From Microthyrium microscopicum (taxonomy: Eukaryota): DNA of 64,000 nucleotides. Both the position numbers and the translations under genes were made by a program. The stretch covers positions 925,340 to 989,339 of the forward strand of contig MU004243.1 in assembly GCA_010405405.1 (NCBI GenBank). Reading direction: 5' to 3'. The stretch's first letter is position 1. Each line of letters opens with the position of its first letter. The notes under the pieces were generated by a model. It was given only the letters and a program-made list of their open reading frames with translations. It had not been told where the DNA came from and did not search any database. Of this stretch, positions 40,053 to 51,321 are shown piece by piece.

Positions 40053-40274
40053 TTACTCCTTATCTTGCGAGAACTCGTACTTCATTGATTTGGAAACCAC
40101 TGGCTCATTTCGAGGTTCTGTTGGCTCTGGTGGATTCCCCACGTGCTTCTTGGTTCCTGGTATTCGAATTTTGCTGCAAATAAGACATGGAAGGCATAGG
40201 ATCATTGCGCCCGCTGACAGAAATTGCTCCAGAGTATCGTGTGGAGTACGGCCATGGCCGTCCCAAATAGTCAT
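40053..40274 (-). CDS. Hypothetical 73-aa protein
   Basis: ATG ORF with a short hydrophobic Cys-rich stretch (MILCLPCLIC). No family recognised. Confidence 0.25.
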   Translation of the reverse strand: MTIWDGHGRTPHDTLEQFLSAGAMILCLPCLICSKIRIPGTKKHVGNPPEPTEPRNEPVVSKSMKYEFSQDKE

Positions 40275-40640
40275 GTCGTTTTCTTAGTTGAGTCTGTTCC
40301 TTGGAATGATTGGAGAAAGAGAGAATGAAAAGAGGAGAGACGTGTTCATGATGTCGACGCGTTGAGGGTCGTGGCGCCAAAATGAGGCGTTTTGTTTACC
40401 CCTATTTCTGTAACTTCACTTCAACACTCCCTTTCAATAACAAACCTCGTTCTTTGCCGATGGAATGATCATTCCGTTGGGACATGATACCCAGGTTCAC
40501 TGATGTTTTCTACTTCAAGTACATGGCCCTTCCTCATCACACTTTCGCAACCTGGTTCCGAGAAACGATTCAAGAATGGGCCAAAGGATAAATTGATATT
40601 CAATAAAGGCCCGAATCTAATTGACAAAGTACTAGCGTAT

Positions 40641-41890
40641 CTAGATTCTGCCTGGCAGTGCTTTGAGCCCTGGGAAAACTTAGTATCAAAACCTTGGTCA
40701 ACAATACATTCAAACTTACAGCCAGTAGTTGTCTCACCAACCATATCCTTTACCTTGCACTGATTGGCCGTGGCCATAGGTTGCTTCTTGATCGAACCAC
40801 AGCCATCGTAGAAGCACTCAGACTTATCCATGGCACGCTGGAGCGAGTCTCCCTTCCAACCGAACATGTAATCTGCGTGGGTGCCGTAGCTGCTGCCCTC
40901 GTAGCTCCATACGAATGGGTTGGGGGTACCGGCAGGCCACATGCTACATAAAGTCAGCAAGTCTTGGTTTTAAAGGGGGAGCGATGCGTACGAGTTGAAT
41001 GGAGTGGTATCCCAAACAGTTTCAAAGGCCACTTGTGGCACACGGACTGGATGCGAGGCTGGGCAGGGAGAGGCGTTGGTGAAGCCTTCAGAGTTGACGG
41101 TGTTGTACATGTGAGATTGATGGTCTGGGCTATCGAGGTTCTTCCCGTCCCAGCATCTAAAGTTGTTAGAAAAAGCCTCTGCTTTGAAGTGTTTGATGGT
41201 TCTTACGGAGGAAAGTGGTGAGTAGTGAAAATTCCGGCGGAGCATGGTGTTTCTGGCATGGTAGAGATAATCCTACCTCTACTGTTGCCAGACATACATG
41301 AATAACTGAGGCCGAGATGTTGCTTGGACGTAGCTTGTGGGTTGCCAACAGTCATGCGGAATCCCTGAAAACCAACAATGAGCATACATATATCAAAGGT
41401 GGTTTAGAAACTTGACTTACAGGCGGGAAGGTTTTCACGTGTTGGGTTTTGACGTTGTCTTTGGACAAATCGAATTGGGTGTAATAAACTGTTGTACATC
41501 AGTATTGGTGGTGAGGTGAATTTATACAAGCCTACCTGTCAGACCACCTTTTGCGCCGTTCGACCCTCCGAGCGCAGGCATGACTGGCTTGGGCTCGACG
41601 CGATGGTAGCTGCCGTTCGTTGGGTGCTTGAAGTATAGGTGTGCTGTCCAATAGTTTGAAAAGTCTTCGGACATTTGGCAGGTTGTGCAGCTAGCTCGCT
41701 CTCCAACATCTCCTGACATGCTCGCGTTGAACGCATTTCCGCCCACGATATGATGAACATGACCAGATGGGTTTGAGCCAGGTTGTACTACAGGATCGAG
41801 GCGCTGAATAGTCAGAGTTGAGCATGGAAAGCGTAGACCAGCCCATGCCGGCGCGACGAGCGCGAGCAAAGTTGTAGTGTGTGACCTCAT
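40641..41890 (-). CDS. Secreted DUF1996 domain protein
   Basis: Signal peptide; LRFPCS, RLDPVVQPG, HVHHIVGGNAF, EDFSNYW, CWDGKNLDSPDHQSH, CPASHP and HADYMFGW. Multi-exon. Confidence 0.9.
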
Positions 41891-42665
41891 GGTTGGATTA
41901 TGTTGTCGATTTCACCTTTACACGAGCAAGATCTTGAGCTTTATCAAAACATTGAAGATAATATAGCCTCTTATATGATTATAACTGCTGAATTCGCTCC
42001 GATAGAAGTAATTCCGGTTTGCAATGTTCCGCTATCACAGATATGCCTAAACTGAATCACTACCGGAGAAATTCCAGGTCAGTGGTTATGTCGCGGCACG
42101 ACTTTGATGAGAAGATAATATAGCTTCTGAGGCTAGTCCGCTCTGATTAGTTGATAGAACGCCAGCCATATTCCAATATGTTTGACACCGGGGACATGGC
42201 TTGAAAGTGTACATACACTCTCTAGGGCTGCCCCTGTGATTTTATATAGTTGCTTCTAGTAAACGATCAGCAGATCTCCCCTTCTTTGTAGAGCAGTATC
42301 CTGGGTCTCCTAGGGCTCGGAAAGCAGGCAGGCAGTTCCTCTGTTCGCAGACTTTACAGCACATTAGTGAGAGAATGACTTCTCATGCCAAAAATCACTT
42401 CTAAGCATATGTAAATAAAGGTTTGGCTTGTCGATCAGCCTGTCAGCCTTGCTTAAGCCTCAATTCTGGAAAAGGTACGAAAGTAAGTTCCAGTATAGTA
42501 TAAGCAAGAGATATTACCTCTTGCTAGAATGCCTCTGGATAATCTTACATTTGCAAATCACAACATCCTTTACCTTTCTATTTCTCGTCGAAAATAAACT
42601 AGAATGTGTAGAATGTTGCTTTAGACAGCCATTATATCGTTCAAACCTTCGCGTTTCTACAATTC

Positions 42666-43646
42666 TCAGAGTTTCTTCCAAAATTCCTCGATTGATTGAG
42701 CAACCTCTGGCACCCTGTCCCGAGGAACTCCATGGCCAGCCTTCGGAACAACAACCACATCTTGGAATCCAGCGTTATGGAAATCTTTGGCAGTTGACAA
42801 ACCATCCAGCTCTCCAAGTATGCACAAAGATTTGATACCCGTTTTCGCGGCTTTGGCAAATTCCGCATCAGTATCAAACACTCCACCATCCCTAATCACC
42901 CCAGCCACGCTCGCCCGATGTCCTTTATGATTTTTCAGCGACCAGTCTTTCACCGCTAGAGCCACTACCTCTCCTCTATCCACTCTCTCTTTCCAGTCAC
43001 CAGGAACAAGCAGTGGTCCATCCTCTAAATACTCCACAACCCAAGCCTGCGTGCGCTCTTCCGACTCCAGTCCTCGTACGAAACTTCTATCCAAGTCACT
43101 GAGCCCTGCCTCGCGGATCACACCTGCCGGTGCGATAAGAACCATGGATTCGAAGAGCTCCGGCTTCTTAGCTGCCAGCTTGACTGTTGTTGCAGCGCCG
43201 AATGAAAATCCAACAAAGTGAGCCTTGCCCCAGCCTATCTCGGCCATAACTGCTTCGATCAATTCGTGAAAAAGTGCAGGCTCGTGTGGCAAGACTGGTG
43301 TATCTGTGAGTCCATGGCCCCAGAGGTCCACGAGTACGCATTGAGCTGTTGGGAATCGCGAGGCCAATGTGCTTGCCAGAGGTTGGAGACCGAGAGCGGG
43401 TGTCTGGATGCCATGCACAAAAAGAACACGAGACATCGATGATTGGTCCTCCCTCCGAGATGGAGCTGAGCTTGGAAGCTGGTAGTATGCGATTCTACCC
43501 TTTGATGTCTGTAGATAAGATGCTGCAGGTAAGAGAGTGCCGAAGACTGCAATAAAATCGGCTTCAGATGGAGCTGGTATAATTTGTGGTGCCTCGCTAG
43601 ATTTGTGCGTGCCAGGTCGAGGAATAACGACGAAAGGGTTGGCCAT
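42666..43646 (-). CDS. Alpha/beta hydrolase
   Basis: FVHG, DLWGHG, GFSFG nucleophile, GELD and AGH. Intronless from MANPF. Confidence 0.85.
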   Translation of the reverse strand: MANPFVVIPRPGTHKSSEAPQIIPAPSEADFIAVFGTLLPAASYLQTSKGRIAYYQLPSSAPSRREDQSSMSRVLFVHGIQTPALGLQPLASTLASRFPTAQCVLVDLWGHGLTDTPVLPHEPALFHELIEAVMAEIGWGKAHFVGFSFGAATTVKLAAKKPELFESMVLIAPAGVIREAGLSDLDRSFVRGLESEERTQAWVVEYLEDGPLLVPGDWKERVDRGEVVALAVKDWSLKNHKGHRASVAGVIRDGGVFDTDAEFAKAAKTGIKSLCILGELDGLSTAKDFHNAGFQDVVVVPKAGHGVPRDRVPEVAQSIEEFWKKL

Positions 43647-45098
43647 GTTCTGTTTCCTTGAGAGTATGAAGATTACACTCAATTCAATGATTGGTAAGGA
43701 CAGTCAAGTCTGATTAGAACTGGTCCAAGTCTTTGTGTATAGCGGGCGCGATCTTGTACACATATGGCTTGATAAAGTGGATCCTTCCATGAGGGCACTC
43801 TGGTCTTCTTTTGAATAGTAAAAATGACTCACCGAGAACATTATTCATACTGCTGCTCATGGCAAGGGTCTTATACCGAATCGTTATCTAGGGCTACTTG
43901 CTACCAACAATGAGTACTAGCATCATTACCTAAAATACTAGTGCTTATAATTATCCAACTTCATCTAGGATTGGTAAGCAGATACATGATGAGGCCAGGT
44001 AGATATCCGTATGGAAAGAACTTCGGAACGCTCACCAATGTTTAAACTTCTAATCCAAAATAGAAAGGTTTTTATCTGCAAACACGACTTAGTGAATTGT
44101 TTGAACCACTATTGTAACTCCTTACAACTCATTCATTGACTTTGTAATATAGTGCTCAACAGTTTTGATATTGATGTGCTGAGCATTAAAATGTCCTCCA
44201 AAAGTCTACGCAAAGCCTAGTATCCTTAATTTCCCTTCATGTTAACTATTACTTATTTGATCGACAAGCGTGCTACAGAATACAAGCAAGACGGCCAATA
44301 CCTCACTTGATCATTCGATATAGTTTGATATGATTGTGTATGTTAGCTAGAGAGCTCGGTTCTTTTACGATCTCAAGTCGCATTCGTTTACCGTACGCTG
44401 AAGTACGCAAAGACTGTACACGGCTGCCAAAATTTACAGTCAAGAAGAACGCTTATAAGGGAGATCGAATTGCCTAGAAAGACTTCGTGCTACTGTCGGA
44501 CGTGGCGGTAGCTAATTTGATTATCCTCATCCTGATGAACTTGAACTCATTCTAAAAAGTCCCTTGGAATGCCAGACTTTTCCGGAGATTAACTGGACTG
44601 GTAGTGAACCGGCGAAACACCAGCCCAGTGCTATCTCGCCCTGGTCTATTCTAGGTATGTTAGAAGACACAGATACGCGGTATTTGAGCAATACTGGGTC
44701 ACAATCAAGAGCGATACGACCTGAAATACTGGAAGTTCGCCGGATGACACGTCTCACGGATAGCTAGCTCGAATCTTCCTCCAGTAGTTCAGAACCAAAG
44801 AGAAATATACACCTAACAGGGGATGTGCCACACGCGAGCAGCGCTATTGACTTTGTGACACCTTGTAAGCGCTGTGCAGAAATATCATTGCAATGTAGGA
44901 GCAGCCTGCTGGTCCATGTAGTTCGAGATTCGGCTTCGCACCGAGTTTTGATCTGGTCTCGTTTATGGTAAATATCGTAAGGCGATACAAGACACCTTTT
45001 CTACGATCTTACAAGTATCGAGTATCTTTAGCTTCAGCAAAAGTAATGAGAACAATTTCATAGTTCTAGATCACCACTGTCGAACTGCTTGGAGCATC

Positions 45099-47109
45099 AT
45101 GAGTGGTGCCAATAGAACAAACTCATCGTCACTGGCCAATGACTTTTACGGGGCTATCGCGAATGCCTCCAGGACCAACACACTTAATGGATCAAGCCAA
45201 GTCTACTGGAGGTGATTACTTCCAAAATTTATTGGCTTTAGACAAGAATGCTAACAAAACCAGACCAGAGCCCGATGGAAGAGGCACATGGGGTCTTTTG
45301 TCGAGTCTGGTTCTCACTTTATGGCTATGAATTTACTCAGCCTTACACCTTAACATTCCCAGTAGATCCACGCGCTTCTGGAGTCGCTGTTGGAGAAATA
45401 CTGTCTGGGTCGTCAAGGGGATATTTGCTCCGGAATTGGTCGTCGTTGCTGCTTTAAAACAATACATGTCAGCCCAAAAGTTGACGAAGATAATTCGGAC
45501 ACGCCTATCAAAATCAGTTAGTGCCTGGATTCTGATCAGCTCGATTAGCACCTTGAGCTAATTTTGTGTAGGAAAAAGGCAAGGGGAAGATTGACTGGTC
45601 CACGAAGCATAGTTACTTTGCGCAGATGGGTGGCTTTGTAGTCAAAACAGAGCAGCCAGATGATGAGGGATTCATACCAGGGTCTCCTACACTGTCCTTA
45701 ACTGCCCACGCCGTTGCAGTGCTTGCAGAGACTGGCAACCTTCCAAAGATCGCAAAGGAAACTATAGAAGATAAGAGCAAGTCCAATAAGATCGGGAAAC
45801 TAATGGCCTACCTGCAAGGCTGCTGGCTGCTAGTCCAGTGTGCTGCTCGGCTTGCAGAGAAGCGTCCTATCAGCCTGCTCGAGATACATGTATCGGCACA
45901 TGTGCTATGTGCCCTGGTCATATTCTCCCTATGGTTCAGCAAGCCTTTAGGCGTCGAAGAACCCATTGTGATCCAGATACCAGATAAACTGATTGCAGCC
46001 ATGTGGATGTTTAGTGATATTCCATCGAGAAGATACCAAACAAATACCTGCAACAAGGCGAGACATGGTGGGAAAAGTGCCCCACCCGAAATTGAATCTT
46101 TACTCGTTTTGAAAAATCTCAAACAGAAGAGCTTCCTATTACATCTCTTATAACAACTTGGTTGCCTCAAAGGTCGGAATATGCGACAGGAGATACCGTC
46201 TTGCATTTAGACCCGTTGGAGAGGATTTCCGTGGCGCGCAACCCTTTCGATGATACCTTTGCACATCAAAGCCCAAATTGCCCCATCGGCCTCTCAATAT
46301 ATAATATAAGAGATGGATCTTCAGCACCATTGGAGGTTGGGATCCAGAAAATCAAGGAGGATGAGATACTTCGGCCCTTAGGCTGGGGACCGAAGCCTTG
46401 GAGTCCAATCTTCCGAACAAAAGAACGGTCCAAGAAATATCACACAGGAGGACTTCCATATGATTTTCGAGGCATATATGCAGCGGAGTCTACAGCTGCT
46501 GAAGTATCCATTGATGCAGAAACTCTACGTCGATGGACTCTCGCAGCTCAGTCAATAGCCGAGCATCCCGAAATATGGGACCAGTCAAGACGAAAGGTTG
46601 TCCAAAATAAGTCTCTGCTTAGTTTCGATGAGTCGCTCGAGTTGTGGGAATATCCTCTCAAGGAACTTGCGAAGAGAACTTATCTCCAACCCGAAATTCA
46701 GAATGAGCCTGGGCCTGATCTATTGGCTTATAACACAATCATTCACCACCTTCTCGTCATGACTCTCGCGTCGATTTATGGCGGATTGCATACCTTGGCT
46801 TGGTTCGAGTATTTCCCCACCGTTCTCGAGAGATGGCTATGGCGAGCAGCTTCGTGTATTGTTTCTGGCGCTTTCGTAGTGGAGTCTCTGGCAGCTTTGC
46901 TGTTTTCTGTTGATGATAGGGATTTCCTGTATAATTATTGGGTTGCAGATGTGCTTTTTGCATTTTTCCAAGTCCCGGTCGGAATTACATTCCTGTTCTA
47001 CGCCCTTGCTAGGGCCTACTTACCTGTCGAAGCATTTGTTAGCTTGAGAGATGTACCTTCAGGAGTTTACGAGACCATATCATGGTCCCAGTACATACCA
47101 CATTTGTAG
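45099..47109 (+). pseudogene. Disrupted member of a widespread uncharacterised fungal multi-TM family
   Basis: Spliced WRPEPDGRGTW...TLWL*IYSALHLNIP...APELVV...FAQMGGF...IEDKSK...ISLLE...YGGLH..AW..YFPT..ERWLWR...EAFVSLR. In-frame TGA at 45328-45330 and a frame change between 46096 and 46153. Confidence 0.7.
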
Positions 47110-47234
47110 CACTGCGAGCTCTTAGAGTTCGCGGTCACTGAACCATCTATCGTCTCACCATCATAAATTCACTTCGAAGAACTCATCCAACCATACTGAA
47201 TCTTCATGTACATGAATTCATATTAACTTCTACA

Positions 47235-48983
47235 TCAACCACCGGTCTTCCCCCCAATAGCAAACGGACTTCTCTTCCGTATCCTCTCTCCCCAGAACAA
47301 CAACACCCATGGCACAACTCCCAATAACAATCCAATCGCTCCCAAAACACTACTCGCCGGCCCAATCCCCAACTTATGATACATAGCACCAGTGAACAAC
47401 GGAATGGCTCCGCCAGCCATATTTCGACAAAAGCTCTGCGCGGCTAGTGCACTGCTCGCATAAACACCATATACGTCTGCTAGATAGTTGAACGTAGCCA
47501 GATATATCGAAAAGATGCCACAGGTCGCCAACATCAAGCCCAATGCCCCGACTGCCGGACTGATGTTGGCGCGTGATGCCCAGCCGAAGATGAAGAGGCC
47601 TATGGGTAAGAGGAGGGATTGGACACAGCTGAATATCAGGCGGTGTTCGGGGGCTGCAGAGCGCTGGCGGAAGTGGAACCAGTTGTATTTATATGCCCAT
47701 TTCTCTTGAAGAATGGTGATGGGTGTGAAGAGAATGGCGGCGATGCAAAGAGATGCGAACATGGCGCCTTGGGATTGTATGTCAAAGTTATAGACTTCGG
47801 CGTACACGAGTGGGATGGCGGCGAGGGTTAGATAGAGAACCATCCAGGAGAAGGTTACCCAAAGTGAGAAAGAGAAGAGAATTGGCTCAGTGAAGAGCAG
47901 GTGGAAGGGGCGTGATATGGAGATGCGTAGCATGGTGACTATGCTTGCACGCTCTTCATCTGATGCGACTTTCCATCGGATACGTCTTGGACTTGAGTTT
48001 GGCGTACAGACACCTGGACAGCCGGCGGCTTCGAGTTTTTCGTACCAGGCGTTCAAGGCTTTGCCTTTGCGAGAAAGTAGCACAGAACCGCGTGTTTCGC
48101 TGAAGAGAACGGCGATTAGGATGACTAGGGTGGAGTCCATGATGAATTGTAGGTAGAATTGCCAGCGCCAGGAGAGATGCTGGGCGATAAATCCGCAGAT
48201 CAATGGGCCGAGGCCAGTGCCGAACATGGCAGACGCAGAGAAGACGGCCATGGCGGCATTACGATCTCGCGCAGAGTAGATATCGCTGACGACACCGCCG
48301 ACCATTGTCGAGAAGGTAGAGCCACCAACGCCGAGGAAGAATCTGGCAAGTAGCATACCTGCGTAAGACCGAGTGATTGCACAGAAGAGCTGGCAGAGCG
48401 CGAAGAGAATACCGGTGATAAGGAAGACCGGTTTGCGGCCGTTGATTTCGCTGAAGGGGGCGAGGAGCATGGGCGCGATGCCAAAGCCGCAGGTAAACAT
48501 TGTGATGCCAACCAGAATTGCCGTATGACTAACGTGCCATTCATCTTCCATTTGAAGAGCGCCCGGGGAATAGCCACCAGCACTAAATGCTGTAAGACAA
48601 GTCCCTATACATCCAAGGCAAAGAATGACCGTCTTCCGCGATGACTTCCATTGCAACGGTGATTGAAATTTTGCAAGTGATGGTGCGGGAGGTAAGTTTT
48701 TTCTGGCGTGGTCTGATAGTTTCTCGATATATGGCGCTGGCAAATCCGTATCAAAACTTAGATAGAGTTCTATTATGCCATTTGCGTCATCCAGGCTGGA
48801 CGCATCTTTATCTCTTCGTGGACCTTCATCCAAACTCTTTTTTTCCAGTTCAGAAGAAACATGTCGTGAATCTTCTGGAGGCGATTGCGCTGGAAACGAA
48901 GTCGAACTACTCCAGTCTTTGCCAGTTGTCTCGCCACCAATCTTTGAGTCCTGCCAGGCAAGGCCAACTTCAGGATCTGCCAT
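47235..48983 (-). CDS. MFS multidrug transporter, DHA1 family
   Basis: APFSEINGRKP (motif A), ARFF, GTGLGPLICG, WRW, ETRG and RPFHLLFTEP, with about 12 TMs. Intronless. Confidence 0.92.
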   Translation of the reverse strand: MADPEVGLAWQDSKIGGETTGKDWSSSTSFPAQSPPEDSRHVSSELEKKSLDEGPRRDKDASSLDDANGIIELYLSFDTDLPAPYIEKLSDHARKNLPPAPSLAKFQSPLQWKSSRKTVILCLGCIGTCLTAFSAGGYSPGALQMEDEWHVSHTAILVGITMFTCGFGIAPMLLAPFSEINGRKPVFLITGILFALCQLFCAITRSYAGMLLARFFLGVGGSTFSTMVGGVVSDIYSARDRNAAMAVFSASAMFGTGLGPLICGFIAQHLSWRWQFYLQFIMDSTLVILIAVLFSETRGSVLLSRKGKALNAWYEKLEAAGCPGVCTPNSSPRRIRWKVASDEERASIVTMLRISISRPFHLLFTEPILFSFSLWVTFSWMVLYLTLAAIPLVYAEVYNFDIQSQGAMFASLCIAAILFTPITILQEKWAYKYNWFHFRQRSAAPEHRLIFSCVQSLLLPIGLFIFGWASRANISPAVGALGLMLATCGIFSIYLATFNYLADVYGVYASSALAAQSFCRNMAGGAIPLFTGAMYHKLGIGPASSVLGAIGLLLGVVPWVLLFWGERIRKRSPFAIGGKTGG

Positions 48984-50072
48984 TTTGAAGTTGGTGGTCG
49001 CTACTTAGTACTTCCGGATCAGTGTAAGTGTGAGATAGTGTAAATGTGCGGCGGCGGAAGGATAGACATATCGCATAACTTCACTACAGTGACTCAAAGC
49101 AAAGAGTCACTTGCCGATGTGAAGAAACCTGGGCCGCAGTGGTTGTCATAATATCGAATGTAAAGGGCGCAAATATGACGAAGAGTGGATCCAAAATAGA
49201 CGTAGCTAGCCAGACTTGCAGAGTGCGGAAAGCAATCCGCCACCAATTGGTCAAAATATTCCTAACAGATACAATCAGTCGCGAAATCCCACAAAATCCC
49301 ACGAAATCAACCACATTCCCGGGCCTAGTCAGGATGCAAAACGTCTCATACAGAATAGGTCCAACGAATTTAATTGCCGTAAAATGGCTATATAATAACG
49401 CCGTAAACACAACGCGCCAAAGGCTTCCAAGCTCGCTCTTCCATAGACGAATCAAGCTGATGACAGCCCATCACGGTACAGCGGGCCGAAAGGTCGTCAA
49501 CGATGGCCTATGACTAAATATCAGTATCATTAATGAGCTTCCCCGCTTGTAACTAAGAAGCAACTAGCCCGGCGATTTGGAGAAGAGTGACAAGTTAGAT
49601 CTGATAACACTCTTAGCCTGATGCATAATTCAAGCAGACGACTGCAGCATCCGCCTTGAGGCGGACGCTACCACTCCCTAAATGAACGAGATGCCGCGGA
49701 TATAGTTAGAAGCGCTTGACTAGACACCGAAAGAGGTAAACATTGCCAAAGACTTCTTGGCATGCAGAAGCAAAAATATGTCAATATCCAATCCGACCGC
49801 ACGACTGGAATTGTCTGCAGATGGAGGTTGGAGGTCGAGACTCGAGAACCAAGTCCCCGGATCAGCTGTACGGGTGCCACTGGGAATAACGCGTAGCGGC
49901 GGAAACAACGTCCATCAGAATCCCTGCTGCTGATGCTGGCGTATATTGGCGAAGAGAAATTCCGGGGTTGTATGGATTGACCGACAGTCAAGCTGAAAAG
50001 AATCGTAGGGCGATATCTCGGACGATGAAGCTCAAGTGCGTGATGGGTGGGGAATTAGACATGAAGATCAAG

Positions 50073-50792
50073 GAGGACAAGTTTCCACACACCCTACGTC
50101 GTGGCACCCCAAGTTTCTACACACCCCCTAAGGGTGTCTCGGACCTATCGCTAAGGCCGCCCCATCCGTCGCTAGAATCAAAGTTCTTAGTAGTGGCTGC
50201 ACTAAAACCAATAACTTGAAATCCGTTAATTCTAGGAGTTATTACCTTATTAAAGCGCGTTCTAAACGCGTCGAGCCTATCCAGAAAATTAGTCAAAATG
50301 GCCAAAATGTTGGTTCAAAGACGTGCCTTTAGCAATAAAGTAAGATAAAGAGAAGGCAAAAAGGTAACCATTTTTAACGATATTAAGAAAGACGCGCGCG
50401 CTCGTTATACCGTAGAATTCAAAGTAGAGATAAAAAGTAAAGTAATAAAGAAAGGAAAGGAACTATCTAAAGTATCGCGAGTTAAGAATAATATACCAAG
50501 CCTAAGCAGCTTCTAATTAGTCCATCGTTATCGATAAGAGATAAGATAAGATCAAGATTGGTCAAGAGCAAGACCAAAGCCAAATCAAAAATACATTTTC
50601 AGAAGGAATCCAAAGAGACTTATAAGTATTAGTCGTCAGCCAACAGGAGCCATTCCTAAAAAGGGTTAATTTCTTTGTGCTAAGGAGACGCCTCATAAAA
50701 ACGAAATAGACTATTTTGGGGTCTAGGCCACCCCTAGGGGGTGTATAGAAACTTGGGGTGTCGCTGAGTAGGGGGTGTGAAAACTTCTCCTC
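50073..50792. mobile_element. Non-autonomous Mutator-like (MULE) DNA transposon
   Basis: Imperfect ~73-bp TIRs beginning GAGGA. Perfect 10-bp TSD GAAGATCAAG at 50063-50072 and 50793-50802. No transposase; AT-rich interior. Confidence 0.87.
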
Positions 50793-51321
50793 GAAGATCA
50801 AGATCGTCGGGTTTAGGATTCATGCAGGGCGCCTGCTTTTGATCAACTGGCTGGTTATTCAATAATTCCCCCCTAGGAAGGCTTCTTCGCAGGCGATTGA
50901 ATATTTATTAATGAGAACAAGGCGTGTAAGCATTGTTTTCACTGTTTTTGCATGTTTGAGCATTTTTGATGGGCGGATCTGGTGCCGGTCAAGCCAGGAG
51001 ACATCAAATAAACGCTGGAACTCGAGGACACGATAAGGGGCATGATTAGAAAGGTAAAAGGTAGCTGGAAGACAATAAACTGCGAAAGAGCTGAAATATA
51101 GCGAAAAAGATCTTGATGTTTCGTTCTTCAGAAGACGGAAACAGGAAGGCAGCAATAAAGCTAACCAATCAGCACTTGAGTTGAACGCCACCTCCCTATC
51201 GATATTGAATCCTTCAAAGATTCTGCCTGCTTGGCGAAAGGTAAAGAGTTTGTAACGGATGCAATCTCATCTAGGTATCAAAATATAAATAATCTCAATG
51301 TCTTGACACTATTTAAAAGAC

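Noticed and set aside
49647..49668. Short palindrome GCATCCGCCTTGAGGCGGACGC
   Set aside because: Isolated and short. Rho-independent terminators do not apply to a fungus, and it is too weak to call as a site.
49968..50801. Short ORFs overlapping the transposon that share TPSFYTPP
   Set aside because: An artefact of translating the two TIRs; not a transposase.
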